From the human T2T-CHM13v2.0 reference genome, Homo sapiens: a stretch of 64,000 nucleotides of DNA. The notes below the pieces were generated by a model, which was not told where the DNA came from, made no database searches, and was given only the letters and a program-made list of their open reading frames with translations. The DNA is taken from assembly GCF_009914755.1 (NCBI RefSeq), contig NC_060930.1. One strand, 5' to 3'. Every line of letters begins with the position of its first letter. The stretch's first letter is position 1. The translations under genes and the position numbers were made by a program. This document shows, piece after piece, positions 27,495-44,520 of the stretch.

Positions 27495-28162
27495 TCATAT
27501 GCAGGGTCTGAGGCTCAGAGGGTAAGAAACTTTCCAAAGACGCACAGCAGAGGACTGGGGATCTGGATGCTGACCTATAGGATTGAGTCCATGCCTTGTG
27601 CTGCCCTAACAGAAAGTCCTGGGAAGGGCTGAGCTCAGGATACAAGCTTTACTAGGTGCAATAAATAGGTCACTGCTGGGCTGGTTCTCCTGAGGTCTCA
27701 CTATCAGCTTTGGAGAAGATGCCTTTGTTCTTTCTGACTTTTGGCCCAGGAATCTTTATTAACTACTGTGATCAGGAGAAAGAGCCTGTGACAAATTGGA
27801 GGGTTGCCTACGGGGCCTCTAGGTTGCAGGGACAGAGAGATGTGTAGAGACTGAGGGAAGCAAAGGTGCATGGGGGTGAAGGTGGTACCTCTCCCTCTGC
27901 TGGTAAACAAGAACAGCCCCTCCACAACAGCCTCCCTTCCAGATGCCTGGGGTTTGCTGCTTGGAACCAAGCACCGTAGTCATCTCCTCTCCCCTGCCCT
28001 TCCTGTTCCTCTGAAGCTGAAGTCACTTCCCTGGATGATGCCTGGATAGAAGCAGGTGAGAGGGGAAAGTGCCTTGGGTGGAGGGAAACTTGTGAGATGA
28101 AAGAGGCCTCCTGAGGGGCTGTCAATCATCTAGGGCAATCTTTTTCTTTTTCTCTCTCTCTC

Positions 28163-28459
<297 letters not shown>

Positions 28460-28660
28460 TGAGGGTGATCTTTATCCTTTCCCAAGTTCAGTGAGTTGTA
28501 CTCAAATCCCTCCTCAGAAATCCTCTTCATAAGAAGTCTCTCTTTCATCCCATGCCCCCAGTCCTTTCCTCAGTGAGCCCAGATAGGCCTAGAACTGTGA
28601 GTCAGGATTTCTTCCAAAAGGATGAAAGTTTTGATGAGTGAAGTAAATATTTTCCCAATC

Positions 28661-28890
28661 AAAATGAAAAGTAAGAAAAGAAGAAGAGAAAGGAGAGGAA
28701 GAAAGAAAGAGAGAGAGAGAGAGAAAGAAAAAGAAAGAAAGAAAGAAAGAAAGGAAGGAAGGAAGGAAGGAAGGAAGGAAGAAGGAGAGAAAGAGAAGAA
28801 AGAAGAGAGAGAGGGAGAGGAGGGAAGGGGAGGGGGAGGTAAAGGGACAAACTAAAAGGAAAACAGAGGGGAGGGAGAGAAAGGAAAAAG
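28661..28890. repeat. Polypurine tract with (GA)n, (GAAA)n, (GGAA)n
   Basis: Direct reading. Confidence 0.95.
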
Positions 28891-28930
28891 TTTGGAAACT
28901 TCCTAGGATGAGCTGACTTCCCTCTAGCTG

Positions 28931-29101
28931 TCCTGCTCCCTCTCCCTCTTCCTCTCCCTCTCCCTCTGCCTCTTCCCTCCCCCCATCTGTCTCTCACTCT
29001 TGCTTTTGTTCTTGTGCTTGCTCTCTCCCCGTCTCTCTTTCACTTTCTCTTTTGTTCTTGCTCTCTCTGTCTCTCTCTCTCCACCTCATTTTCCACTTTT
29101 T
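28931..29101. repeat. Polypyrimidine (CT-rich) tract
   Basis: Direct reading; (CTCCCT)n and (CT)n. Confidence 0.9.
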
Positions 29102-30450
29102 CACATACCATGAAGCAGAAAAGAAACTTATCTTGAAAAGATTCATCCAGGACGAGGTGTCACCCACACACTGATGACTGTTGGGGGCAGGGTGGTTAAT
29201 TCTTTCACAGAGAGAAACTTCTCTCTGGGGAGAGCAGAGAGAGAAGAGGTGGAATTTTTTACTCACAGAGACTGACAAGATAAAATTAGAGAATTTGGGT
29301 CTAGAAGGCCAAGCAGTAAAAATAAATATGGAAAGAACATCCTCATGGAATGTTCCACAACCTGAGTCCTTCCCAACCCTACTGCCTTCTCTCCATGGCC
29401 CTGGAAGCTCATGTCTAGGGGGAGTTTTATCTGGGGCAGTAATGGAGAGAAGGAGGTTCTAAAAAGAACGGTTACCATCACGTAGGAGTTTTGTATTTCG
29501 GACCTCAAATCTGTGTGGACAATAACTGGAACCCTTTTGATATTCAATAACTGAAATTTATTTCTCCTTTAGTGCCCATTTCACCTGTTGGCAGAAGCTT
29601 GTTTTTAGCCACATCAGGCTCTCTAGCCCTCCCCACCCAGGACTTTGCTGACTCAAAGGCCGGATTGCTCTGTCCACAGTCTCCAGCACCCCCCGCTCCC
29701 TCTCTTGCTGGAGCCATGCTGGGTACCCAGAAACCTCATGCCCAGTCTTGGCCCATCTTCCCAAATTACTATTTCCATTTTTTCTTTCCTGGTAATTTCT
29801 TTACCCTGTAGCCATCCCCCCATTACTACTGTACCTCGAGTCCCCTGGGGCTTCAGAGAAAGTCTGCTAACAACAGAAAAGGCAGAAGCCCTGAGCCCGC
29901 ATCACTCTGATCCTAAAGGAGGAGGAGAGCTCCTTAGTGGCTGCAGCCTGTTTAACTTTTGTCTGCTTTCACATGACTTCAGGACTCTGAAAGATCAAGC
30001 AAAAACCAGGATCTTGGCACAGAACAAAAGTGAAATGGCATTTTTGCCCAAATATTAATAAACACAAATGCACACCCCTGTTGTCCCTGTTGGACATGCT
30101 GGGGGACCGTGGATTTTCTCAGTCACTAATGGGAGAAATGTAAATGATAATCAGGTCTTGTGGTGGGTAACTTGGTGATTGGTGTCACAAATCTTAAAAC
30201 TTTTGAGCACTTATCACTTCTGCTTGGAAGAATTATAATCCTGTGCAAAAAATTGCATATGCACCTAAAATGTATGTAGAGAATATTTATTTAAGTATTG
30301 CTTAAATATTAGTTAATAATTCAACACAATCTGAAAGTCCCCAAATAGGGGATTGGCTGAATGTATTAGGGTACTTCCATAAAATGGAGGAAACATGCAG
30401 CCATGAAAGTTTGCTGTACATGATATTTCACCATATTAAAAAATCAATGA

Positions 30451-30813
<363 letters not shown>

Positions 30814-31539
30814 TAGAAAACAGCACAGTGTTAAGCCTTCTTGGCTATACAAGCTCGAAGAATACTTCACAGAAATGAAAAACCATTTGTGTTCCACACC
30901 TACCCAGGCTGGTAATGAGACAGGTGTTTTGTTTGTAGCTGAAAGTTAAAGATTATACCTCTTGCTGAATTCGAAATGAGTTCACCAAAAAACAAAGCAA
31001 AACCTTCCAAAACAAACAAAAGATCCACCACGCCCCATGTGTTGTTTCAGTAAATCCACTTTCTTGCTGACTGTCTCGCTCCTCCTCATTGTTCTTCCTA
31101 TAAAATGGATCACTTGGCCCACAAGCACATGAGCCAAACAGATCTTAATGATCACTGGCGACATTGAAATCCAAGAACACAGGAGCTGTTGAAGCCTGAG
31201 ACCAAATCTGGGAAGGGAGAATTGAAAAGGACAAGAAAATCGTCCCACAAAGGATTTGAACACACACGGAAGTGGCATGTTAAAACGATATGTGCACCAT
31301 GAAGAATCTTGAAGAGAAAATTGTAGTTGGGAAGTTTCTTAGTAAGGGGAGAGGGAGTTCTTACTATATACATTATATTAACATATTAACGTTAATCAAT
31401 ATTAATTTCTGGAAGAATATACTTCACTAAAATGAAAAAAGGTTTGATGTTGAAGAAATTGAGACACAAAAGAGAATCCATTTATTTAACTTGGGGAGTT
31501 AGTTTCACTTTGGTTTATTTATGATATTTCAATATGCTG

Positions 31540-31740
31540 ACTTTAATTTTTTTGGATACGCTATATTAGTACATATTTGTGGGGTACATGCACAGAATGT
31601 GTGATGATCTAGTCAAGATATTGATCATTTCCACGTGTTGGGTACACATCAAGTCCTCTCTTGTAGCTATTCTGAAATACATAATACATTGTGTTAACTA
31701 TAGCCACACTGCTCTGTTATCAAACATTAGAACTTATTAA
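31540..31740 (-). mobile_element. L1MA-type 3' end fragment
   Basis: GTACATATTTGTGGGGTACATG...TTAACTATAG..AAACATTAGAACTTATT. Confidence 0.7.
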
Positions 31741-31751
31741 ATGGAAAGATA

Positions 31752-32013
31752 CCCAGCACTTGGGGAAGCCGAGGCAGGCGGATCATTTGAGATTGGGAGT
31801 TCAAGACCAGCCTGGCCAACATGGTGAAACCCCATCTCTACTAAAAATACAAAAAAATTAGCCTGGCGTAGTGGTGTGCACCTATAGTCCCGGCTACTTG
31901 GGAGGCTGAGGCAGGAGAATTGCTTGAACCCAGGAGGCGGAGGTTGCAGTGAGCTGAGATCGTGTCACTGGGAGACAGAGTTAGACTCTGTCTCAAAAAA
32001 AAAGAAAAGAAAA
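31752..32013 (+). mobile_element. Alu, 5'-truncated, with small 3' deletion
   Basis: Begins CCCAGCACTT; CACTG^GGAGACAGAG junction; A tail. Confidence 0.95.
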
Positions 32014-32984
32014 GACACAAAGGCACACTCTTATTTTATGAATAAATGTCTCCTCAGTCAGAGGCAGATGCTTGTCCATACGCTGCAGTTACCACTGTGA
32101 GTGGCAGTGAAGACGCACCAGAGGCACAGCCCTGTTAGTCATTCTAGGGCTGGTTTTTGTCCATCCCTAAGACTGCAGTTCATTAGATGAAGTTGAAATA
32201 GCTCCTTACTGTGGAACTACGAAGAGAAGTAACCGCCTCACTCGGCTTGCTGGTCTAGTGCTGGAGAACGAGGTTATAGGTGTATCTTTGACCACTGTGG
32301 GACGTGGGCCCTCATCTTCCAGAGGGACAAAAATTACAAGATCTCAGAGTTGCCTCGGGATTGTTGAAAGATCAAAATCAGACAATGGGCCAGTGCAGGG
32401 TATTGTTATCACTGGGTGTCAGGAGCTGATGGCTACCAGAATTTAAATGAAGGGCCTTCAGAATGAACGCTGTTGACAATGCCATCGATCGTTTCCCTCC
32501 TTCTGAGTCCACCCTTGACGAGGGCCACAGCCTGGCTTCTGTCATAGAACTCCCATGGTACTTTCCATGAAGTTAAGAAAGTCATTGTACACCTCCCAGC
32601 ACTTTTATTTCTGCTGAATAAAATCTCCCTCTCCTGGCCTTGGAAACTGCTACAGCTCACTAACCCTCTATCCTCAGAAACAGCCCTTCCAGCAACGCTG
32701 GCGGGCACCTGCCCATATCCTCAGGGAATTCCACTGGACTTTCCCAGTTCCTCCCTGGCCTCACGCCATTTTCACTGCATTCGTGTTTAGCACGTGCTTT
32801 ATTCTCTCCCAGTTACACAGAGTTTCATGGAAAATCTCATGACAGTTTTTGGAATTGGGTTGATTGATAGGGCCATCCTTGGGAGAAGACGTGGTTGGCA
32901 ATTGGTAAATTGGGGCAAACGTCGAACTCATTTAAATATTTTTTAACCTGTTGCTGTCTTTCACATTTTTCTCCTGAGAATCAT

Positions 32985-33135
32985 ATAACCTTAGAGCTGG
33001 AATGATCCACTCTCTCATTTTATGATGAGAAAACGGAAGCTTAGAGAAATGAATTGGCCTGGACTGAAGGATTAAACAACTAGTTAGTGTGGGAGCCAAG
33101 GCAGGAATCTAAGTCTCCTCCTCTCCAGTCAAGAA
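32985..33135 (-). mobile_element. MIR
   Basis: CTCATTTTATGATGAGAAAACGGAAGCTTAGAGA. Confidence 0.6.
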
Positions 33136-33647
33136 CTTCTGGCCTCCAACATCCTCTTGAGCTCACATCTCAGAAGAGTGACATAATGTCCTCTCCCTGG
33201 GACCTCTATGTAGCCTCCACGTGGTCTAGGCTCTTGAGGTGCTCGGCTGGTACCCTTGCCCAGAGCAGAGAGTGAGGCAGACTGAGCCAGGGAGCAGGCA
33301 GGTGCTGGGGAGCCAAGGAGCCTCAGCGGGATGCCTTCCCAACTTACCACTGTTGTCATTCCAGAGCCCAGCTCACTTTGTCATTTTAAAGGCCATTTGT
33401 TAAACTCCCTTAGTCAATCCCATAGCCCCATTTTTCTTGTTTCCCTGTGGCACTTGACTAGGAGTTAAAAAATAGTAACATTAAAGACAGACCAACTATT
33501 CCTATTCTTGGACCAAGTTCCAGGAGCTGTGTTTTCCAGAGCAGGGAATCAAGGAAAATCAATATGACCTGAGTAGAGTAGACGAGCAGTTTCCCACTCC
33601 TGGAAACCTGGGGCTGGTACCAGGTCCAGGGCATGCGCTCCAGAATA

Positions 33648-34232
<585 letters not shown>

Positions 34233-34905
34233 CATCAGAACCAGATGAGCTGCGGGCACATCCTGCCTCTTCGTGGCATCCTGAGTTCCCAGAACCTCTG
34301 TTTCCTTCTCTCTAGAATAAGGATTGCCCAGGGCTACTGTGAGGATGGGCAGAGATCACATATATAAAAGAGAGCATCCTCTCATCCCTCCCTCACCTCC
34401 CACCTTTTCATGGGAGACTAGTCTGCAGCATTTCTTGTCTGCACAAACTCTTGGATTTGTTGCTTCTGAAATTGGAGACAAGCCACGGGTTAAGGGCACA
34501 GTCATTAGCAAGATCAGTTTTCCTCCTTCTCAGCTAACTTTTCTCTCTCTGCACAGCACTCCCTCTGCTCTGGTCGACATGTGCACAGCTGCACTGAAAC
34601 TTCTCTCTGGTGACCGCCACTCCCTCCAAATAGCCTCACAGTGCCCCCACTGTTGCACACACTCAAGCTACCGCCCAGCTAGAATAATCCACCTTGGGCA
34701 TCTTTTAAAAAATGCTCTAAAGGAAAGTGCTATCTCATCCCTGAGCAATGGAGGAGGAATATATGTTTCAATTAATAGTAAAACGACCAAGACTGATGCA
34801 TCCTATAGTATCTGGGACCTGCTTTACTCACTTGTCATGAAAAATTGTGAAGGATTTTGAAACGTGAAAGAAAATGTGAGTGATGCCTATAAATCTATAT
34901 ATCTA

Positions 34906-37900
34906 CAGTTGACCCTTGAACAACATGGATTTGAACTATGCAGTTCCACTTATACATGAATTTTTTTCAGTGAAAGTTACGCTGACTGTGCCTGACTCTC
35001 TTGCCTTCTCTTCCACCTCGTCTACCTCTTCTGCCTCTGCTACTCCTGAGACAGCAAGAGCAACCCCACCTTTTCCTCCTCCTCCTTAGACAATGTGAAG
35101 ATGATGAGGATGAAGACCTTCATGATGATCCACTTCCACTTCATGAATAGTAAATGTATTTTTTCTCTTCCTTATGATTTTCTTAGTAACGTTTTCTTTT
35201 CTCCAGCTTACTTTTTGCTAAGAATACAGTACATAATACATATAACATAAAAATATTTTTTAATCAACTGTTTATGTTGTTGGTAACACTTCCAGTCAAC
35301 AGTAGGGGATTAGTAAAGTTTTGAGGGATGTTGAATTTTACCAAACATTTAAAGAAAAAGTAATACCAATCCTACTCAAACTATTTTGAAAAACAGAGGA
35401 GGAGGGAATACTTCCAAAATCATTCTATGAGGCCAATATTACCCTGATAACAAAACCAGACAAAGACATCAAAAAAAGAAAACTGCAGGCCAATATCCCT
35501 GATAAGCATTGATGCAAAAACCCTCAACAAAGTATCAGCAAACTGAATTCAACAACACATTGAAAGGACCATTCATCATGATCATGTGGGGTTTACCCCA
35601 GGGATGCAAAGATGATTCAACATAAACAAATCAATCAATGTGATCCCTCTTATCAACTGAAAGAAGGACAAAAACCATATGATCATTTCATCTGATCCTG
35701 AAATAGCATTTGATAAAACTCAACATCCTTTCACAGATAAAAATCCTCAAAAAACTGGGTATAGAAGGAACATACCTCAACACAATAAAAGCCATATATG
35801 ACAGACCCACAGCTAGTATCATACTAAATGGGGGAAAACTGAAAGCCTTTCCTCTAAGATCTGGAACATGACAAGGATGCCCACTTTCACCACTGTTATT
35901 CAACACAGTACTGGAAGTCTTAGCTAGAACAATCAGACAAGAGAATGAAATAAAGGTCATCCAAATTGGAAAGGAAGAAGTCAAATTATCCTTGTTTCCA
36001 GATGATATGATCTTATATTTGGATAAACCTAAAACCTTCACCATAAAACTATTAGAACTAATAAACAAATTGAGTAAAGTTGCAGGATACAAAATCAACA
36101 TACAAAAATTAGCAGCATTTCTATATGCCATCATTGAACAATTTGGAAAAGAAATCAAGATACTAATCTCATTTACAATAGCTATGAATAAAATAAAATA
36201 CCAAGAAATTAACCCAACCAAAGAGGTAAAAGACCACTACAATGAAAACTATAATACATTGATGAAATAAACTGAAGAGGACACAAAACAATGGAAAGAT
36301 ATTCCATGTTCATGGACTGGAAGAATTAATATTGTTAAAATGTCCATATTGCCTAAAGCAATCTACAGATTTGATGTAATACCTATCAAAATACCAATTA
36401 CATTCTTCACAAAAACAGAAAAACTAATTATAAAATTTATGTGTAATCACAAAAGACCCAGAATAGCCAAAGCTATCCTAAACAAAAAGAACAAAACTTG
36501 AGGAACCACATTAACTGACTTCAAATTACGCTACAAAGCTATAGGAACCAAAACAGCATGGTACTGGCATAAAAACAGACACATAGACCAATGGAATAGA
36601 ATAGAGAACCCAGAAACAAATCCATACATCTAAAGTGAACTCATTTTCAACAAAGTTGCCAAGAACATACATTGGGGAAAGGATAGTCTCTTCAATAAAT
36701 GGTGCTGGGAAAACTAGATATCCATATGCAGAAGAATGAAACTATACCCCATCTCTTGCCATATACAAAACTCAAACTGAATTTAATACTTAAATCTAAG
36801 ATTTCAAACTATGAAACTAGTAAAAGAAAACATTGGGGAACTCTCCAGGACATTGGTCTGGACAAAGATTTCTCGAGTAATACCCCACAAGTACAGGCAA
36901 TCAAAGCAAAAATGGACAAAGAAGATTACATCAAGTTAAAAAGCTTTTGCACAGCAAAGGAAACAATCAACAAAGTGAAGAGACAACCCACAGAATGGGA
37001 TAAAATATTTGAAACTATCCATCTGAGAAGGACTAATAACCAGAATACATAAGGAGCTCAAACAACTCTACAGGAAAAAAATCTAATAATCTAACTTTAA
37101 AAATGGGCAAAAATCTGAATAGATGCTTCTCAAAAAAAGACATTTAAATGACATACAGGTATATGAAAAGGTCCTGAACATCACTGATCATCAGATAAAT
37201 GCAAATCAAAACTACAATGAGATATCCTCTCACCCCGGTTAGAATAGCTTTTATCCAAAAGACAGGTAATAACGAATGCTGGTGAGGATGTGGAGAAAAG
37301 GGAACCCTCATACACAGTTGGTAGGAATGTAAATTAGAACAACCACTATGGAGAACCATCTGGAGGTTCCTCAAAACACTAATAATAGAGTGCCATAGGA
37401 TCCAGCAATCCAATCCCACTGCTAAATATATATCCAAAAGAAAGGAAATCACTATACTGAGGAGATGTCTGCACTCCCATGTTTATTTCAGCACTACTCA
37501 CAATAGCCAAGATTTGGAAGCAACCAAAGTGTCCATCAATAGATGGACAGATAAAGAAGATGTGGTACGTATACACAGTGGAGTACTGTTCAGTCATAAA
37601 AAAGAATGAGATTCTGCAATTTGCAACAATGTGGGTGGGACTGGGGGTCATTATGGAAAGTGAAATAAGCCAGGCACAGAAAGACAAAGTTTGTATATTC
37701 TCACTTATTTGTGAGAACCAAAAATTAAAAAAATTGAACTCATGGAGATAGAGAGTAGAAGGATGGTTCCCAGAGGCTGGGAAGGGTAATAGGGGGTGAG
37801 GGGAGTAGGAGGAATGGTTAATGGGTACAAATCTATAGTTAGAATAAATAAGATCTAGTATTTGATAGCATAACAGGGTGACTATAGTCAGCAATAATTT

Positions 37901-38189
37901 ATATATTGTTAATAACTAAAAGATTATAATTGGATTGTTTGTAACACAAAGATATGATAAATGCTTGAGGAGATGGATGCCCTATCTACCCTGATGTGAT
38001 TGTTACACATTGCATGCCTGCATCAAAATATCTCATGTACTCTGTAAATACATACACCTATTATGTACCCACAAAAATTAAAAATTAAAAAAACAAACAA
38101 AATATTTTGAGGGAGTCAGAAGTTATAGGCAGATTTTTCACTGCACAGGGATCTGCACCCTGACCCTTGCATTACTCGAGGATCAACTG
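34906..38189. mobile_element. Tigger2a/MER28-like element interrupted by L1 (pieces 34906-35328 and ~38105-38189)
   Basis: TA|CAGTTGACCCTTGAACAAC ... GAGGATCAACTG|TA terminal inverted repeats. Confidence 0.85.
35329..38101 (+). mobile_element. 5'-truncated L1MA1/2-type LINE (~2.8 kb) with disrupted ORF2 RT and C-terminal region
   Basis: ORF2-like peptides (FPDDMILYL; [20 protein letters not shown]) broken by stops; L1MA 3'UTR and A tail; TSD TTTTGAGGGA. Confidence 0.93.
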
Positions 38190-38800
38190 TACATCTATAT
38201 CTGTACATCTCACCCACTGACGTTATCCTCACTATTCTTTTAAAACTCTATAAGTTGTAGAAAATGGATAATAATGTGAATTGCTCTTGTTCATATAAAT
38301 GCAAATTAATTGTGTCCCCATTGGGATGCAATTGGCCATTGCCCTATGGAAGAGCAGTTTTATGGCTATTTGTAAATTCATTTTATAATTCCTTATTCCT
38401 TGTATATAAATGTATGGTTCTCAGAATTCTCTATTGAACCCACTGTAACATTTAATTAATGAGTGAAATAACATCTTTGACATGTGTTCATTTTATATTT
38501 GCATAAGAGTCTGCCAATCACCCTTTAACACATTTCATCACTACTCTTGAGTTCACTCTTCCCTCCTTCATAAAGCCGCATCACCTTCTGACATGAAGCA
38601 AACCCTGAAACAAGGTCTGCAAATCACAGGCTCATGATGGGCCCAGATTCTCTGCAAAAAAGAAAGGACATCAAATAAGATAGATGTCATAAAGTGATTA
38701 CCTTCATTATGAGCAGTCTGGAAACCCAGTCTTGGTAATGGTTTGAAGTCATCAAATGTATCTACTCCCCTTATATAAATTTTACAGTTGTGTAGGCATG

Positions 38801-38877
38801 TTAGGTTGAACCATATGAAATTGCTGTTCTACAGGTTAAAGTGTTCAATATGAGCAAATCCCCATGGTTTGACCTAA
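38801..38877. mobile_element. MADE2-like mariner MITE
   Basis: TTAGGTTGAACCATATGAAATTGC ... GCAAATCCCCATGGTTTGACCTAA imperfect TIRs, ~80 bp. Confidence 0.75.
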
Positions 38878-39709
38878 TAGATATGTATGCAATTATAACA
38901 CTCATATGGATGTGTATGTAGAGATACACAACGCACGCATTCATACAGAGTAAAACTACATCATGAGTGAAAGTTCTGGGCTAATTTAGGTGTAAGCAGA
39001 AAATCATGCTTCTTGGTGTACGTGTTTCTGTTCCTTTAAACTCTAATTTCTGGAAGTTTATGTGAAATGAGGAGAGGAGTCTGTGCTATATTGTGGGAAA
39101 CTTATGAGGCCAGGAATTAGGAAACCTACAGTCTCACTTGCTCTAAGACGTACTCATCCCTTTAGTGGACATTACTTTAGTAAATTTTTCTTGGATTCTG
39201 AAGGATTTTACAGGTTCTCAATCTGTTTTTTCCTGAGGATCCAGAATGGATAGGAGATTGGGTTGAGTTGAAGCTTAAAATTATCTATTTTCCTTTTGTT
39301 TTGCTTCTTTCAGTTTTGAAGAAAAATATTTCCTGATATAACCTTTTTTTCCTGATTGGCCTCTTTCTACCAAACTAAGAGAGCAGCAAACACAAAATGT
39401 GGCTGAGATTCCATTTGGCAGGAATCCAGCGATTCTGAGTTTGGTTCTCCACATTTTGCAGAACACATCCGCCTGACTCACAAACCTACACTCTCCCATG
39501 TCCATCATGGTGAAGGTGCCGACATGATGCTAATGACTCACACGCACCAGAGGAGGGTGACACTAGACGCACTCGTGGAGCCACTCATGCTCGGTTTCCT
39601 AATTATGGGAAAGACTTGTGTTGAGCCACCTTCACGTTCTCACCTTCTCCTCTGCAATGTATGTGACCTTCCAGCACAGGCACCAGCCCTTAGAAATATG
39701 TCAGCCTGT

Positions 39710-39949
<240 letters not shown>

Positions 39950-40889
39950 TCAGCCTGTAAAATCTGTCTCCAGAGAAAGGGAAGAGAAGGAATTACCATG
40001 TCTTGGCTTGGGTTGTAGTTGGTGAAGTTTACTATTGTGTACAGAAGAACTTGAATTTTCTCTAATCATTAGTAGTAAGTAAAACATGCTTCTTAATGGA
40101 GTGACTGTTGTGGAGACATAGAGAAATACAGAAAAAAAATTACATATATATATATATGGAACAGGGTGAGGGAGAGACAAAAGAGAAATAATACACACTT
40201 TTTTGCATAATAGCTTTATAGAGGTATAATTCATACCATAAAATCACTCTTTTAAAGTGTGAAATTTAGCGTTTTTTAATACTTTTGAAGAGTTGTGTAA
40301 CCATCATGACTACGTAATTTAGAACATTTTTATCACCTTCAAAAAAAATATATCCCACACCTATGAGCAGTCACTCCCTATTTTCTCTTCCTCCCAGCCC
40401 CTGGCAATCACTAATTTAGTTTCTGGCTCTGTGGATTTCCCTTTTTCAGACATTTCGCATCCATGGTCTGATACAGCATGTGGTCTTTTGCGCCTGGCTT
40501 CTTTCACTTCACATTTTCAAGGTCTTTGGGGGTCATTAGCGCCGTGCCATGGATAAGAACTTCATTTGCTTTTGTGGCTAATAGTCTCTTGTATGGATAG
40601 ACCACATTCTGTTTAGTCACTCATCAGTTGATAGACATTTGGGTTGTTTCTACTCTTTGGCTATTACAAAAAATGCTGCTACTATGAACATTTATGTACA
40701 AATGTTACGTAGACATATGTTTTGATTTCTGGGGTATACACCCAGGAGTAGAATTTTTAGGTAATATAAGAACTCTGTTTAATATTGTGGGTAACTGACA
40801 CACTGTTTTCCAAAGTGGCTGCACCATTTTACATTCCCATGGTAAACTAAGAGGGTTCCAATTTTTCGTGTCCTTGCCAATACTTACTA

Positions 40890-41168
<279 letters not shown>

Positions 41169-41884
41169 AATACTTACTATTATTTGTCTAATTATAGCCA
41201 TCCTCATGGGTGTGAAGTGATATCTCATTGTGGTTTTGATTTTCACTTCCCTAATGGTGGATAATTTTTGGGCATCTTTTCATATTCTTGTTGGCCATTT
41301 ATATATCTTTCTTAGAGAAATGTCTGTTCAGATCCTTTGTGCATTTTTTTAAAAAATAGCTTATTTTTCTTTTTATTATTGAGTTGTAGATGTTCTGTAC
41401 TTATTCTAGAAGCAAGTTACCCTTCTATTCTGAATATATTTGATTTGCAAATATTTTTCCCATTTTGTGGGGTTTTTTTTTTTAACCTGATGGTGTCTTT
41501 TGCAGAACAAAAGTTTTTAATTTTGATCAAGTCCAATCAATCTTTTTTTTTCATTTGCCACTTTTGCTTTGTTGTTTTATCTAGGAAGACTTTACCTAAC
41601 TCAAGGATATTAAAATTTACCTTTAGTACTTCTTCTAAGAGTGTATAGTTTTAGCTCTCACATTAAGGTTTATGACTCATATGGATTTAATTTTTGTGTA
41701 TGTAAGAAAGGAGTCCAACTTTATTCTTTTGCATGTTGATATTCAGTTTTCCCAGCACCATTTGTTAAAAAGATCTAGAGAGAGGAGGGTAATACTGGAC
41801 CTACTCATAAAACCACCCGTGCTTGATTTTCTAATTTCTAATTTAAAATTATATCTATGAGTCTAATAATTTCCTAATTTTTAA

Positions 41885-42963
<1,079 letters not shown>

Positions 42964-44176
42964 TTGTCAAAATTGATTGGCCACAAACATAAGGATTTAT
43001 TTCTGGACTCTAAATTCTCTTCCATTGATCTACATGTCCGGCTAGTACCACACTGTCTTGCTTACTGTCACTTTGTAGTAAGCTTTAAAATCAGGACGTG
43101 TGAGTCTTTCAACTTTGTTTTAATTTTTCAAGATTGTTCTGGTTATTCTTGGTGCCTTGCCTTTCCGTATGAATTGTATAATAAGCTTGTCAGTTTCTGC
43201 CGAAAAAAAAAAGCCAGCTGGGATAATGATAGGGATTATATTGAATCTGTAGATCAATTTGGGGAGTACTGCCGTCTTAACAATAAGTATTGAGTATTCC
43301 AATCTATGTTCATGAGATGTCTTCCATTAATTTAGATCCTCTGTAATTCTTCCAATGATGTTTTGTACTATAGTTTTCAGTGTAGAAGTCTTGAATTTTT
43401 TGGAAAAATCTATCCTTAAAATATTTTATTCTTTTTGATACTATTATAAATGGAACTATTTTCTTACTTTTATTTTCAAATTGTTCATTGCTAGTGTATA
43501 GAACCAACCGACTTTTGTATATTGATCTGCTACCCAGCAACCTTAATGAACTAATTTTATATGCCTAATAGTTTATTTTGTGGCATGCTTAGAATTTTTA
43601 ATATTAGATCATGTCATCTACAAACAGAGATAGTTTTACTTCTTTCTTTCCCATCTGATGTCTTTCACTTTTCTTTCTTGTCTAATTGTCCTGGCTTGAT
43701 CCTCCATTGCAATGTTGAATAGAAGTGGTGAGAGTGGACTTCCTTAGGGCAAAAACATTCTGTCTTTTACCACATGTGTAATGTTAGGTGTGGTTTGTTT
43801 GTAGATTCCCTTGATCAGGTGGAGGAAGTTCCCTTCTATTCTTAGTTTTTGTGTGTTTGTATTATGAAAGATTGTTAAATTTTGTAAAATGCTTTTTTTC
43901 CCATCTCTTCAGATGACTATGTGGTTTTGTTGTCATGCTATTAATACAGTGCATTACATTGACTGATTTTTCAAAGTTAAAGCATCCTTATCTTCTTTGG
44001 ATGAATCTCATTGGATTCAGTTTGTGTTTTGTTGAGGATGTTTGTATTGATATGTATAAGGGATATTGGTTTGTACTTTTCTTATGATATCTTTGACTGG
44101 TTTTGGTATCAGGGTAATACTGGCGACATAGAATAAGGTGAAAAGTGTTTCCTCCTCTTCTCTTTTTAAGAGTTTA

Positions 44177-44520
<344 letters not shown>

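Noticed and set aside
28622-28997. Highly charged and Phe/Leu/Ser-rich ORFs
   Set aside because: Translations of the GA/CT low-complexity tract
31095-31346. TATAAAA at ~31099 and GTAAGG at ~31341 as a possible first exon
   Set aside because: Motifs too common and the donor is weak; no other support
34324-34860. Longest ORF in the window (178 aa)
   Set aside because: TTG start within MIR-like sequence, no family resemblance or exon context
35329-37894. Reverse-transcriptase-like peptides and hydrophobic antisense ORFs
   Set aside because: Dead L1 ORF2 with many stops and frameshifts; antisense frames are a known L1 artefact, not a new RT system
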